Below are positions 9,950 through 20,300 of a stretch of DNA of 64,000 nt, in pieces. Positions within the stretch are counted from its first letter, which is position 1, and each line of letters opens with the position of its first letter. The position numbers were made by a program, and so were the translations under genes. This stretch comes from Candidatus Pacearchaeota archaeon CG10_big_fil_rev_8_21_14_0_10_34_76 (GTDB taxonomy: Archaea > Nanobdellota > Nanobdellia > Pacearchaeales > GW2011-AR1). The stretch covers positions 5,747 to 69,746 of the forward strand of contig PFDB01000015.1 of the NCBI GenBank assembly GCA_002763075.1, read 5' to 3'. The notes below the pieces were generated by a model. It made no database searches. It was not told the DNA's origin and saw only the letters and a list, made by a program, of their open reading frames with translations.

Positions 9950-10477
9950 ATGAGATCAAAATCTGGACAAGTTTGGATTGAGACAGTCATTTATACATTG
10001 ATAGGCCTATCTTTAATTGCTGTTGTTCTTGCTATTGTAACTCCAAAGATAAATGAGTATAAAGATAAGAGTGTGATTGAGCAAACAATATCTTCTTTTA
10101 ATGAAATGGATTCTAAAATAAAAGAATCTCTTGCAGGAGGTGTTGGGAATGCAAGAACTGTAGAGTTTAGGATGAAAAGAGGAGAAATCTATTTTGATAG
10201 AGAGAAAGATATAATATATTACATAATGGACGATAGCGATGTATTGTACTCTGAACCTGACGTTGAGACAAGTATTGGGAGAGTTAAAATATTGACACAG
10301 GAAGGTCAGAAGAAAAATACTGTCAAGTTGACTATTGAATATCAACAAAATATTACTTTTGAAGGTGTTGAGGATATAATAATATTCACTCCCTCTAGCG
10401 TACCTTATAAGTTTAGATTTGAAAATGGCGGTTTTTCCCCAGAAGGAAGGCAAATTGTCAATTTTGAGAAGATTTAG
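9950..10477 (+). CDS. Type IV pilin-like protein
   Basis: MRSKSG|QVWIETVIYTLIG (Q+1, E+5). Confidence 0.85.
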   Translation: MRSKSGQVWIETVIYTLIGLSLIAVVLAIVTPKINEYKDKSVIEQTISSFNEMDSKIKESLAGGVGNARTVEFRMKRGEIYFDREKDIIYYIMDDSDVLYSEPDVETSIGRVKILTQEGQKKNTVKLTIEYQQNITFEGVEDIIIFTPSSVPYKFRFENGGFSPEGRQIVNFEKI

Positions 10478-10524
10478 GCATAATTTAATAAATCCCATAA
10501 AGTTAGTATTATAAAGAGGTTAAG

Positions 10525-12051
10525 ATGACAATAAGCATAAATATTCGTCCAAGTGTTCCACCATTAAGCAAGGCAGAAGATAGGACAAAGGTAGATGTAA
10601 GATACTCACTGATAGCACCATATGCTAATGTTCATATATACTGGGATGATGATACTGGAGAGATGATCTATGAGCTTGAAGAGCCATTGTTGAATGATGA
10701 CCAGAAGAAAATTCTTAAAAAACTTGAAGAGTCTATGCTTGAGCTTATCAATATCAATGTTGCTGTAGATAACACTATGCAAAATCTCGTGGAGTATATA
10801 GACAGGACTGCAAGGCTTCTTATAGATGAACTTAACCTAAAGATTCCTGAAAGCATATATGAAAGAATATTTTACTTTTTATACAGAGATTTTATAGGCA
10901 TGAACGAAATAGACCCACTGCTTAAAGATTATTTTATAGAGGATATAGAATGCAATGGAGTTGACACCCCCGTATATATTGTACATAGAGTTTATAGGAA
11001 CATGAGAACTAATGTGGTATTCAAGGATGTTGATTATCTTGCCAGTTTTGTTGAGAAGCTTGCTCAGAGGAGCGGAAAATATGTCTCTTATGCAAATCCC
11101 TTATTAGACGGAAGCCTTCCTGATGGGAGCAGAATAAATGCTACATATACAAAAGATGTGACATCTAGAGGACCTACATTCACAATCAGAAAATTCACAA
11201 GGGTACCTTGGACACCAACACAGCTTATTGCATTGAATACATTAAGTCCTGAAATGTTGTCCTATCTTTGGTTATTGATAGAGTATAAATCAAATATTTT
11301 AATTACTGGGGGAACTTCTTCTGGAAAGACTACTCTTCTAAATGCATTGGCATTTTTTATTCCTCCTGAAGCAAGAGTCATTAGTATTGAAGACACAAGA
11401 GAGCTGAATTTACCTAGAGAAAATTGGCTTCCTGCTGTGTCTAGAACTTCTGTAGGAATGGGAAAGGTCGGGGAAGTAGATTTGTTTGATTTACTAAAGA
11501 ACTCATTCAGGCAAAACCCTGATTATGTTATTGTGGGAGAAGTTAGAGGAAAAGAGGCTTATGTACTCTTTCAGGGAATGTCCTCTGGTCATCCGTCAAT
11601 AAGCACACTTCACGCTGATTCTATAGATACAGTAATCCGAAGATTACAGACTCCCCCTATAAATCTTTCACCAACTCTGGTTAATTCTTTAGATTGTATA
11701 GCTGTGATGACTCATGCTATTGTGAAAAATAAACACACTAGAAGACTAAGAGAGCTGGTTGAAGTTGTAAATGTCGATAAAGACGGGTCTGCATTGATAA
11801 ACACCCCATTTGTCTGGGAGCCAGGCAGAGATGTATTTTATTTCAAAAAACAAAGTAAGGTATTTGAGAAGATATCTGCAAGATATGGATTGACAATGGA
11901 AGAATTACAGAGAGAATTCTTGCATAGGTCGAGATTAATGTATAATCTCTTCAAGCAGGGAATATTTGGGTTCGCAGAAATTCAGAAAATAATTAATGAC
12001 TATCATAAAGATTCAGATGTTATATTGAAGAAATTTAAAGTAGTTAGTTGA
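10525..12051 (+). CDS. Type II/IV secretion ATPase (FlaI/VirB11/TadA family)
   Basis: Walker A GGTSSGKTT, SIEDTRE, RQNPDYVIVGEVRG, GHPSISTLHA. Confidence 0.95.
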   Translation: MTISINIRPSVPPLSKAEDRTKVDVRYSLIAPYANVHIYWDDDTGEMIYELEEPLLNDDQKKILKKLEESMLELININVAVDNTMQNLVEYIDRTARLLIDELNLKIPESIYERIFYFLYRDFIGMNEIDPLLKDYFIEDIECNGVDTPVYIVHRVYRNMRTNVVFKDVDYLASFVEKLAQRSGKYVSYANPLLDGSLPDGSRINATYTKDVTSRGPTFTIRKFTRVPWTPTQLIALNTLSPEMLSYLWLLIEYKSNILITGGTSSGKTTLLNALAFFIPPEARVISIEDTRELNLPRENWLPAVSRTSVGMGKVGEVDLFDLLKNSFRQNPDYVIVGEVRGKEAYVLFQGMSSGHPSISTLHADSIDTVIRRLQTPPINLSPTLVNSLDCIAVMTHAIVKNKHTRRLRELVEVVNVDKDGSALINTPFVWEPGRDVFYFKKQSKVFEKISARYGLTMEELQREFLHRSRLMYNLFKQGIFGFAEIQKIINDYHKDSDVILKKFKVVS

Positions 12052-12084
12052 AAACTATATAAATAGTATTTGTCTTTCTTATAA

Positions 12085-12249
12085 ATGAATAAACAAGAGG
12101 TTGTGTTATTGCTCCAGCTTTTGCATTCTATGAAAGATGTTGGTGATAGAATAGAAAAGTCTTATGAAATGAACAATTTTGAAGAGCTTGAATCTGCTAA
12201 AAAGGAAATGACATCGTTACAGAAAAAGATTGATGAAACCTTAAAATGA
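12085..12249 (+). CDS. Small coiled-coil protein (54 aa, not in ORF track)
   Basis: MNKQEVVLLLQLLHSMKDVGDRIEKSYE...KKIDETLK*; stop overlaps the next ATG (ATGA). Confidence 0.7.
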   Translation: MNKQEVVLLLQLLHSMKDVGDRIEKSYEMNNFEELESAKKEMTSLQKKIDETLK

Positions 12250-13580
12250 TTAAAGACTTAAAAAATAACATAGAAACTGAGATTAAGATAGTTGAGGAAA
12301 TGTCTCATTTTATGAACAGACGCGATTTTGCTTCTCCTGAGGAGAGCAGACTGATTGATTTAATGATAGGGTCTTATCAGAGAAAAGTTAAAATAATAAA
12401 TAATTCAATTGATGAAATAGTCAAAAATATCTCCCTTGTTAAGAAGATTCCTGGAAAGGATGTAGAGCCTAAGATTGAGAAGATATCTATATCTCCTGCA
12501 AGTGCTGACTCAAATGTTAAATCAAAGGAGCCTATCTCTGAAAGGGTGGAAATTGTTCTTAAAAAAGTTGATAAGGGGAAATTTATTGAAGAGCTTAGTA
12601 TAAGTGAAGAATTGCTCAAAAAACTTAAGAAGAGAAAGAAGATAAAGGGTGAAAAAGTCATAGAGTATAAAAAATCTAGAGGCTATCCAAAATTGGCAAA
12701 TTCTTTTTTTAGAAGTTTTTCAAATGACTTTCTCTTAAAGGAAAAATTTTCGGGACTTATATCTGATCTGAGAAAAAGCAATCTGAATATATTACCAGTA
12801 ACTTATATTTCTATGATGTTTCTTGGATTGTTAATATCTATATTTGTAGCTTTTTTTGTAATGGTGTTCTTTATCTTTTTTGAAATTTCTTTTACATTCC
12901 CATTCATCAGTGCATATTCAGGGAGTTATTTTGCAAGAATATTCAAGGTATCCTGGATACTTGCAGTCATTCCAATTATAACTGGATTATCATTCTACTT
13001 TTATCCTTATAGCGAGAAAAAATCCCTTGGAAGCAGGATTGATAGGGAGCTTCCTTTTGTTGCTATACATATGGCATCTATTTCAGGAAGTGGAATTGAG
13101 CCAAGCCAGATATTCAAAATCATCGCGTTGAGTCAAGAATATAGGTATACTGCAAGTGAAGTGAGAAAGATATTGAATCAGATAAATATTTATGGATATG
13201 ATCTTGTGAATGCATTGAAGAATGTGGCAAATTCAAGCCCAAGTGCTAAGCTTTCAGAACTATTGAAAGGACTTGCGACATCTATCATGACTGGAGGAAA
13301 TCTTAATTCCTTTCTGGAGAAAAGAGCTGAGACTCTTCTTCTTAACTATCGTTTGGAGAGAGAGAAATTCGCAAAGACTGCTGAGACATTCATGGACATT
13401 TATATCAGCGTTGTTATAGCAGCCCCTATGATACTTTTATTATTGCTTATCATGATATCTGTTTCAGGAGTTGGATTTGGAATAAGCACAGGGATTTTAA
13501 CCCTTGGAATCATATTAATAGTGGCAGTTGTTAACATATTGTTCCTCGTGCTATTGGGGCTGAAACAGCCAGGATATTGA
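12246..13580 (+). CDS. TadC/GspF/FlaJ-family pilus platform protein 1
   Basis: IDRELPFVAIHMASISGSGIEP, SPSAKLSELL, multiple TM helices; follows the ATPase. Confidence 0.9.
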   Translation: MIKDLKNNIETEIKIVEEMSHFMNRRDFASPEESRLIDLMIGSYQRKVKIINNSIDEIVKNISLVKKIPGKDVEPKIEKISISPASADSNVKSKEPISERVEIVLKKVDKGKFIEELSISEELLKKLKKRKKIKGEKVIEYKKSRGYPKLANSFFRSFSNDFLLKEKFSGLISDLRKSNLNILPVTYISMMFLGLLISIFVAFFVMVFFIFFEISFTFPFISAYSGSYFARIFKVSWILAVIPIITGLSFYFYPYSEKKSLGSRIDRELPFVAIHMASISGSGIEPSQIFKIIALSQEYRYTASEVRKILNQINIYGYDLVNALKNVANSSPSAKLSELLKGLATSIMTGGNLNSFLEKRAETLLLNYRLEREKFAKTAETFMDIYISVVIAAPMILLLLLIMISVSGVGFGISTGILTLGIILIVAVVNILFLVLLGLKQPGY

Positions 13581-13581
13581 A

Positions 13582-13594
13582 ATGAGAATAAAAA
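13582..13594 (+). repeat. 13-bp direct repeat, left copy (ATGAGAATAAAAA)
   Basis: Identical to 23439-23451, the start of tadC-2; begins 1 nt after the tadC-1 stop. Confidence 0.75.
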
Positions 13595-13622
13595 TTATAT
13601 ACTCTATAATGTTTGTCTATGG

Positions 13623-16583
13623 ATGAATAAGGGAGGGTTTGGGCTTGAATTAATTATTGTTTTCGGAGTAATAGCATTGATTGGTGGAGGATTCCTCATT
13701 AATACGACAAACTTACAATTTGCTCCAGAAGTGGGTTCAGCCCAAAAATATTGTACTGATTCTGACGATGGAATCAACTTTTTTGAAAAAGGAACAACCT
13801 GTGTTGGAAAAAATTGCTTGAGTGATTCTTGTATCAACGATTTTGATTTACTAGAATATTATTGTGACAAGGGAAGAAAGGATATTACAGAAGCCTGTGA
13901 AGGTGGTTGTTTTAGTGGAAAGTGCTTATCTGATTGCAACGATGGAATAGATAATGATGGGGATAGATGGATCGATTATGATAATGATCCTCAGTGTGGA
14001 AGTCTCGGAGATAATAATGAGTCTGCTGATTATATCAGATTGGCCAATTTAACTGATCAAATTAATTTAGGAGATGCCTTAAATGGACCATTTGGAAATA
14101 AGATTAACAAAGAGAACTTACCAGTAGTCTTATCAGATAAAATTTATATAGATAATAGGAATAATAGATACGGTTATGAGCAATCAATAATACTTGGTAA
14201 CCCAATATTATCGCATTTTAGGGATTCAGATTATGAAGAACAAAATGGACTTAGTGGAAGAACACCTACTCTCGGGGTGAAAATCCTTCCTCATGAATAT
14301 GTTTTAAATTATACCTTAAGTTTCTTTAATGAATCTAAGTCTAATATTGTTGAAGAAAGATTAATTGATCTTGAAAATACCCAAATAGAAATAATGGGCA
14401 AAAACTATCTATTGGTAAAGGCAACACTATCTGAATTTGTTTTTTTAGACTCTAACGGAAATGTAACCCATTTGATGAATGGCGAAAACATAAGGGTAAA
14501 TTACAATAGTATTGAAAATTTCAAATCATATATCAATATGGAAGTAAATGACAGTACAGCATTTCTTAGTAAAATCATTCTTGAATGGAGCACATCAGAT
14601 GAGCTGTTCGTCACAGATATTAGTTTTGTTGAAATGCCTTTTTCGGGAATTAGATTTTATATGAACGGATTTGTCACCCCCGTACAAGAAAGATTAGAAG
14701 TATTATCTGATGGAAATTCTAGTATCAAACTAAAAGCATTCATCGCTGATGGGTTAGCTGAATTTAACATAATCTATGCAAACTCAACAGGAGAGTTTAT
14801 TGGGTTGGGAAGAAATGAGAATGAGAGACTTGTTACATCTGATTCTAACTTTTTAACTTTCAATTTAACAAGTGGGGACAAATGGTTTATAACTTCTTGG
14901 AATTCCTCAGACAATAATGCAACTGAATCATATTTGTTGACTATTGAATCTGAAAATCTACAAAATAATTCTGTCAGCATATCAAATTATATCACTGGAG
15001 ATATAGAATGCAATGAAAAAAGAGTTGGAGATTCTTGCCAAATAGGAAATATTGAATTTGGAATTGAGGAAATTGTGATGGAGAATGAGAATAAACTGGT
15101 TACTTTTAGACTGATTGGCGAGGAACTTTCATTTGATGAATTGTATACTGCAGAGGGATTATATGTGCAATTACCTTACCTAACCAACAGCAACACTAAT
15201 TCTCCAGGTGCGTTAAATCTTAAGGGCAATATGGATGGCCATAATCCTGATAGTTTTTACTTATTCCTTACTGAAGAGAGTAAAGATGAGAGGGTTACTG
15301 AAGGTTTATCCTTTAATATAACAGTAGACGATACTCCTGATGGAAAAATTCATGTAAGCCATGTTAATAATGCTATAAATGGAGGTCCAAGCGGGAGGGA
15401 AATCAATAGTACAAAAATATATGAGAGTTATATTGTCTCTGATCTTGCTACGAGAATTTTGCACTATACTGCTTCTGAACAAGATAGTGTGGAATTGTTC
15501 TATCATGGAGCTGAATCCTATGCAAACATCTACTTACATGGGCCATCGACAATGTGCTCAAATGGATTAGATGATGATTTTGATGGACTGATTGATGGAT
15601 ATGATAAAATTTGCAAAACTGGAAAGCAAGATAGTGAAAATACATTGTCTGTGGAGCAAATTTGCGCTTATGGATTTTGTGATGTAAAAACAGAGTGCAA
15701 TGATGGAATAGATAATGATGGCGACGGGTGGATTGATTATGGTAATGACCCTCAGTGCAATATATTTAATGATAAGGAATCTGCAGAGTTTGCCAGGCTA
15801 GATAGAACAAGTGATAGGCTAAACATTGGAGATGATTTGGCTGGAGTATTTGGTCAAACAATAGATCGGGCTGATTTTAAAAAGGTTCTTGATGAGGAAT
15901 TCTACTTCAGCCATAGAGAATGGGAAAGGTATAGTTATGAACAATCTCTAAAATTAGGCAGTGAGTTAATCCTTCTAAATTTTTCGGATTTAGACTATGA
16001 TAATGGAGAACACACCATAGGAATTCCCATCAATGTAGAACAACACATCTTCAATTATACATTGAACTTCCTTTATGAACCTGAATCAGCTATTGTTGGG
16101 GAGCACCTAGTTGATTTTGAAAATACAAATATTACTTTATTTGGTAAGAGATACAACATCACGGATGCTGAAATAAATCCCCTAAGATTTAGTTTACAAA
16201 GAGGTAATGATACATTCATCTTGTCTCAAGGAAATCCCGTAGAATTAAACGGAGAAATAATTGAGGGTTTAATTTTTCATATTAAAATAAGAGAACAAAC
16301 TCAAAATTCAATTAAATTAGATAAATTTGATATTATTTGGAATGCTGATAAAAAATTATTCATTACAGATGATGATTATATTGAAATGCCTGGCTTTAAG
16401 ACATTCAGGTTTTATATGAATGGCTTTGGAGAATTAGACTGGGATGGCAAGCCCTATGCAAAAGTGTATCTACACTCTTATTCAACAAGATGCTCTAATG
16501 AATTAGATGATGATTTTGATGGAGAAATTGATGGGAATGATTCTGAATGCAACGAAGGAAATGACGATTCCGAGAAGAATTAA
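13623..16583 (+). CDS. Large surface protein with duplicated S-layer-like domains and CxDGxDxDxDG Ca-binding motifs
   Basis: N-terminal MNKGG+TM; four C(N/S)(D/N)xxD(N/D)DxD motifs; internal duplication (YEQS..L...NYTLxF..E..IV..L.D.ENT...RFYMNGF). Confidence 0.75.
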   Translation: MNKGGFGLELIIVFGVIALIGGGFLINTTNLQFAPEVGSAQKYCTDSDDGINFFEKGTTCVGKNCLSDSCINDFDLLEYYCDKGRKDITEACEGGCFSGKCLSDCNDGIDNDGDRWIDYDNDPQCGSLGDNNESADYIRLANLTDQINLGDALNGPFGNKINKENLPVVLSDKIYIDNRNNRYGYEQSIILGNPILSHFRDSDYEEQNGLSGRTPTLGVKILPHEYVLNYTLSFFNESKSNIVEERLIDLENTQIEIMGKNYLLVKATLSEFVFLDSNGNVTHLMNGENIRVNYNSIENFKSYINMEVNDSTAFLSKIILEWSTSDELFVTDISFVEMPFSGIRFYMNGFVTPVQERLEVLSDGNSSIKLKAFIADGLAEFNIIYANSTGEFIGLGRNENERLVTSDSNFLTFNLTSGDKWFITSWNSSDNNATESYLLTIESENLQNNSVSISNYITGDIECNEKRVGDSCQIGNIEFGIEEIVMENENKLVTFRLIGEELSFDELYTAEGLYVQLPYLTNSNTNSPGALNLKGNMDGHNPDSFYLFLTEESKDERVTEGLSFNITVDDTPDGKIHVSHVNNAINGGPSGREINSTKIYESYIVSDLATRILHYTASEQDSVELFYHGAESYANIYLHGPSTMCSNGLDDDFDGLIDGYDKICKTGKQDSENTLSVEQICAYGFCDVKTECNDGIDNDGDGWIDYGNDPQCNIFNDKESAEFARLDRTSDRLNIGDDLAGVFGQTIDRADFKKVLDEEFYFSHREWERYSYEQSLKLGSELILLNFSDLDYDNGEHTIGIPINVEQHIFNYTLNFLYEPESAIVGEHLVDFENTNITLFGKRYNITDAEINPLRFSLQRGNDTFILSQGNPVELNGEIIEGLIFHIKIREQTQNSIKLDKFDIIWNADKKLFITDDDYIEMPGFKTFRFYMNGFGELDWDGKPYAKVYLHSYSTRCSNELDDDFDGEIDGNDSECNEGNDDSEKN

Positions 16584-16620
16584 AGAAAACGTTTATAAAA
16601 TATAAAGTTCTTATTTAATA

Positions 16621-17382
16621 ATGAAAAGAGAGGTTTTGCATTCTCTTGCAATTTTGTGTCTTGTTTTATTAATGACCTCGCTGGCCTCTTCCCAGGAAAC
16701 AGGTTCGATTTCTGGAAGTGTTATTCCCGCAGAAGAAGATATTAAGGTACAGGCAATACAGAATTTATCTCTTGTCGCAGAGACATTTACTGATGAAAAC
16801 GGGAATTATGTTATAGAAGGCCTATCTCCGGGGAATTATGGATTAGTTTTTATCAAAGACGAAAAAGCTTATGTCTATAATGATGAGATAAATAGTATTT
16901 TAACTAGATGGGAAAATGATAGAATAATCGTTACTATAAAAGAACCCATAATATCTAATTCCTCTGATATTAACATAAATTTGGATAAAGAATTGCCAGA
17001 TTATGCCCTTAGGAGAATTACTATTCAATTTAAAGAAAATGTTTCTGAGGAACAAATAGAAGAAGTAATTGCATCTTGCAGATGTGAACTCCTGGAGATA
17101 GATGAAAAATCGTATGGCACATACTATAAATTGAATGCTCCAGAAGAAGAGTTTCTTTTTAAAATAATTAAGGATCTTAATATGAATGAGAATGTTGAGG
17201 CTGCTGGGGAATTAGCTGTTGATCTATCGCTTGGAAAAGGTAAAAAGAAGAATACTACACAGAATTCAAACAAAATAGAAGATATGAAAGAAAATCGGAA
17301 TTATGTCCTAATTGGAATATTAATTTTAGGACTTATAATTTTTTTAGCCCACATTATATTTAGAAGAAAAAGGAAAACATAA
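16621..17382 (+). CDS. Membrane-anchored protein: carboxypeptidase-regulatory-like + I9/subtilase-propeptide-like domain
   Basis: Signal peptide; GSISGSV...TDENGNYVIEGLSPGNY; ITIQFKENVSEEQIEEVI...LNMNENVEAA; C-terminal TM + RRKRK. Confidence 0.65.
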   Translation: MKREVLHSLAILCLVLLMTSLASSQETGSISGSVIPAEEDIKVQAIQNLSLVAETFTDENGNYVIEGLSPGNYGLVFIKDEKAYVYNDEINSILTRWENDRIIVTIKEPIISNSSDININLDKELPDYALRRITIQFKENVSEEQIEEVIASCRCELLEIDEKSYGTYYKLNAPEEEFLFKIIKDLNMNENVEAAGELAVDLSLGKGKKKNTTQNSNKIEDMKENRNYVLIGILILGLIIFLAHIIFRRKRKT

Positions 17383-17384
17383 AA

Positions 17385-20300
17385 ATGTTAAATAAAAAAA
17401 GAGTGATTTTCTTTGGTTTAATTATATTTGTAATTGTTTTTTATTCTTCTCCGATTAGAGCTGGACCTTATGGTTACGGTGATAGCATGGACTTAAAGTA
17501 TGTCATAGGTGATGAAAAAATAATTTATGGTTATGGAGGGGGTATTAAGTATGAGACCTCTTTGAGGCCCCTGGATCAGAATTGGAGTACATGGGTTCCT
17601 GAATCGAGAAGAAGAATTATTGAGGAAAGCTGGGAGAACATTTATAATAGTGTGAATGGATTTAAACCCTCTAAAACTACACTCTCTAATGAACTCTTTT
17701 TTGATCCTTTGATTTTGGAGAAATTTACAAATCAAACAGAAGTATACGTTACAGTCATGTTAAGAGATGAAAGTGGAATGAGTTATAAAAATTCTCAAAA
17801 AACTCAGTTAGAAAAATTTTCAATTTATAAGACAAAGGCCGAATATTTTTCTAGATCTGAAGACGAAGTTATTTCAACATTAGACGAATCTGAATTTAGA
17901 TTAGATCATAAATTCAAGATAATCAATGCATTTAGTGGACGTATTACAAAACAGGGATTAGATAAGTTAATGACGAATCCAAATGTTATCTCTATAGAGA
18001 CTAATAAAGGAGTAAGTTTGGGGTTGGATGAGAGTATTCCCTTAGTGAATGCTACTGAGGCATGGAGTTTAGGATATTCTGGGGAAGGGGTTGCAGTTTG
18101 TGTTATAGATTCTGGAATAAATTATACTCATCCCGCATTGGGCGGGTGTTTTGGAAATGGATGTAAGGTTGTTGATGGCTATGATTATTGTGCAAGTAGT
18201 AATTGTGGTTCTGAGGACGGCGATCCAATGGACGATGACGAATTCCTGGGAGGGCATGGGACTCATGTTGCAGGAATTGTGGCTTCAGAAGACTCAATAT
18301 ATAGAGGCGTTGCTCCAAATGCATCTCTTATTGCAATGAAAGCTTGTGTTGATGGTAGTTTTTGTGGAACTCAAGCAATAGAAAAAGCGGTTGATTGGTG
18401 TGTTGCTAATTCTAGTATTTATAATATTAAAGTTATAACGATGAGTATTTATGATCATACAGAATGGAGTTCTGATTGTAACCCTTCTGACAAATTGGCT
18501 GCTACTGCTGCGATAAATAATGCTCATGATGTAGGTATTTTTGTCGATGCAATCTCTGGAAATGATGGTCACACAGAGGGAATATCTTGGCCGGGTTGTG
18601 TTAGAGGAGCAACTTCGGTTGGAGCCACGACCAAACAAGATAACCTTTGGGCAAATACAAACAGGGGTCCCAACCTTGATTTACTTGCTCCAGGAGTTTC
18701 CATAAGATCAACTAATTATCGTTGGGAAAGTCAATCTGATTTTGTACTTCAAAGCGGGACAAGCATGGCTGCTCCTCATGTTGCGGGAGCTGTAGCCATC
18801 CTTTTGGAAAAAGATCCTAGTTTAATGCCAGATGAAATCGAACAAATTTTACAAGAAACAGGAAAACAAATTCAAGGAAGTAGTTGGAAAAGAATAGATG
18901 TTGCAAATGCTACTCGAGATATTTGCCAAGTTGGTACATGGCAGGCAGGGTCTTGCGGAGGAGGCTCATGCAATAGTCTCCAAAGAGAATATACCAGAAC
19001 TGTTGATCCTCCAATGTGCGATATTTCAACAATGTGTGAATATGATGAAAGTTGTGTTGGTTCCACCATCACAGTTTGTGCAAGTGGATGCGATTATACA
19101 ACGATCCAGGCAGGATTAAATGTAGCCACTAATGGTGATTTAGTTAAGGTTACAGATGGTGGCACATATAGTGAAACAATTAATTGGTCCACATCAGATA
19201 ATGGAGTTATATTAAATTGTCAGGGAGCTACCATTACAACTTCCTCTCGTATGACTATACATGAAAAAGAAGGTGAAGTTGTAATGAATTGTATATTTAA
19301 TGCCTCAAATGGAGTTAAAATGACTGGAGACGGAGTGGGGAATGAATTCTTGAATAATATTTTTGATATTGAAGAAAAGGGAATAAATTCACAAGGAGAT
19401 AGTAGTGGAGATACTGGGCGCACCTATATAGAAAATAATATAATAATCAATGCTGACGAAGAAGGAATAATAATTCATCATACTAGCGGGAGTTCTTCTG
19501 GAGGAAATAATAAATTATTCAACAACAAGATATTCAATACAAATTATGCTATATGGTTTGAAGATAGTTCATTTAATAACCTCTCAGGTAATGTAATTGA
19601 GAATAATTTTCGAGGGATTTATCTTGATGCAAGTAGTGCGGGAGATGATAGAGAAGCGTATATAGAAAATAATAATATATCAAATAACGATTATGGAGTT
19701 TATATACAAAATCAAGATAAGGTCAACGTGAATGGCAATTATTTTTGCTCTCAGAATTCAATCTATGATATTTTTGCTACAGGAATGTATGATTTCTCGG
19801 GGGGTTCGCAAAATAGGTGTGAAAATACTGCTAATTGGAATGATACCAATTATGTTGGGTGTACATACTTTTGTGATACTCCTGCATCAGTCATTCTTCT
19901 TGACCCCCTTAATGGATCTCAAGATGCTGATGGTAACATTGACCTTGCGTGCTACGCTTCAGATAATTATCAATTAAAAAATATCACCCTCTACCACGAT
20001 ATTTCTGGGGCCTGGCAAGCTAATCAAACTAAAGAAATAGGTGGAATTTCTAATATAACAACATTTACATTTAATAATTTAGAAGATGGCACTAACTTTA
20101 ATTGGAATTGCCTTGCTTATGATAATGTGTCAAGAGGAAGCTTTGCTATCAATAATTGGTCTCTTTATATAAATATCACGCCTAATAACCCTCCAACTAC
20201 GCCTAATTCCCTTCTCTGTGACGAAGAATTATGTTCTGACAATAGAACATTTTCTAATACGATTGAGATAAATTGTACTGGTTCTACTGATGAAGAAGGA

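Noticed and set aside
6305..13580. Archaellum operon
   Set aside because: No FlaH, FlaF/G or archaellin-type N-termini; two TadC-like genes indicate a pilus
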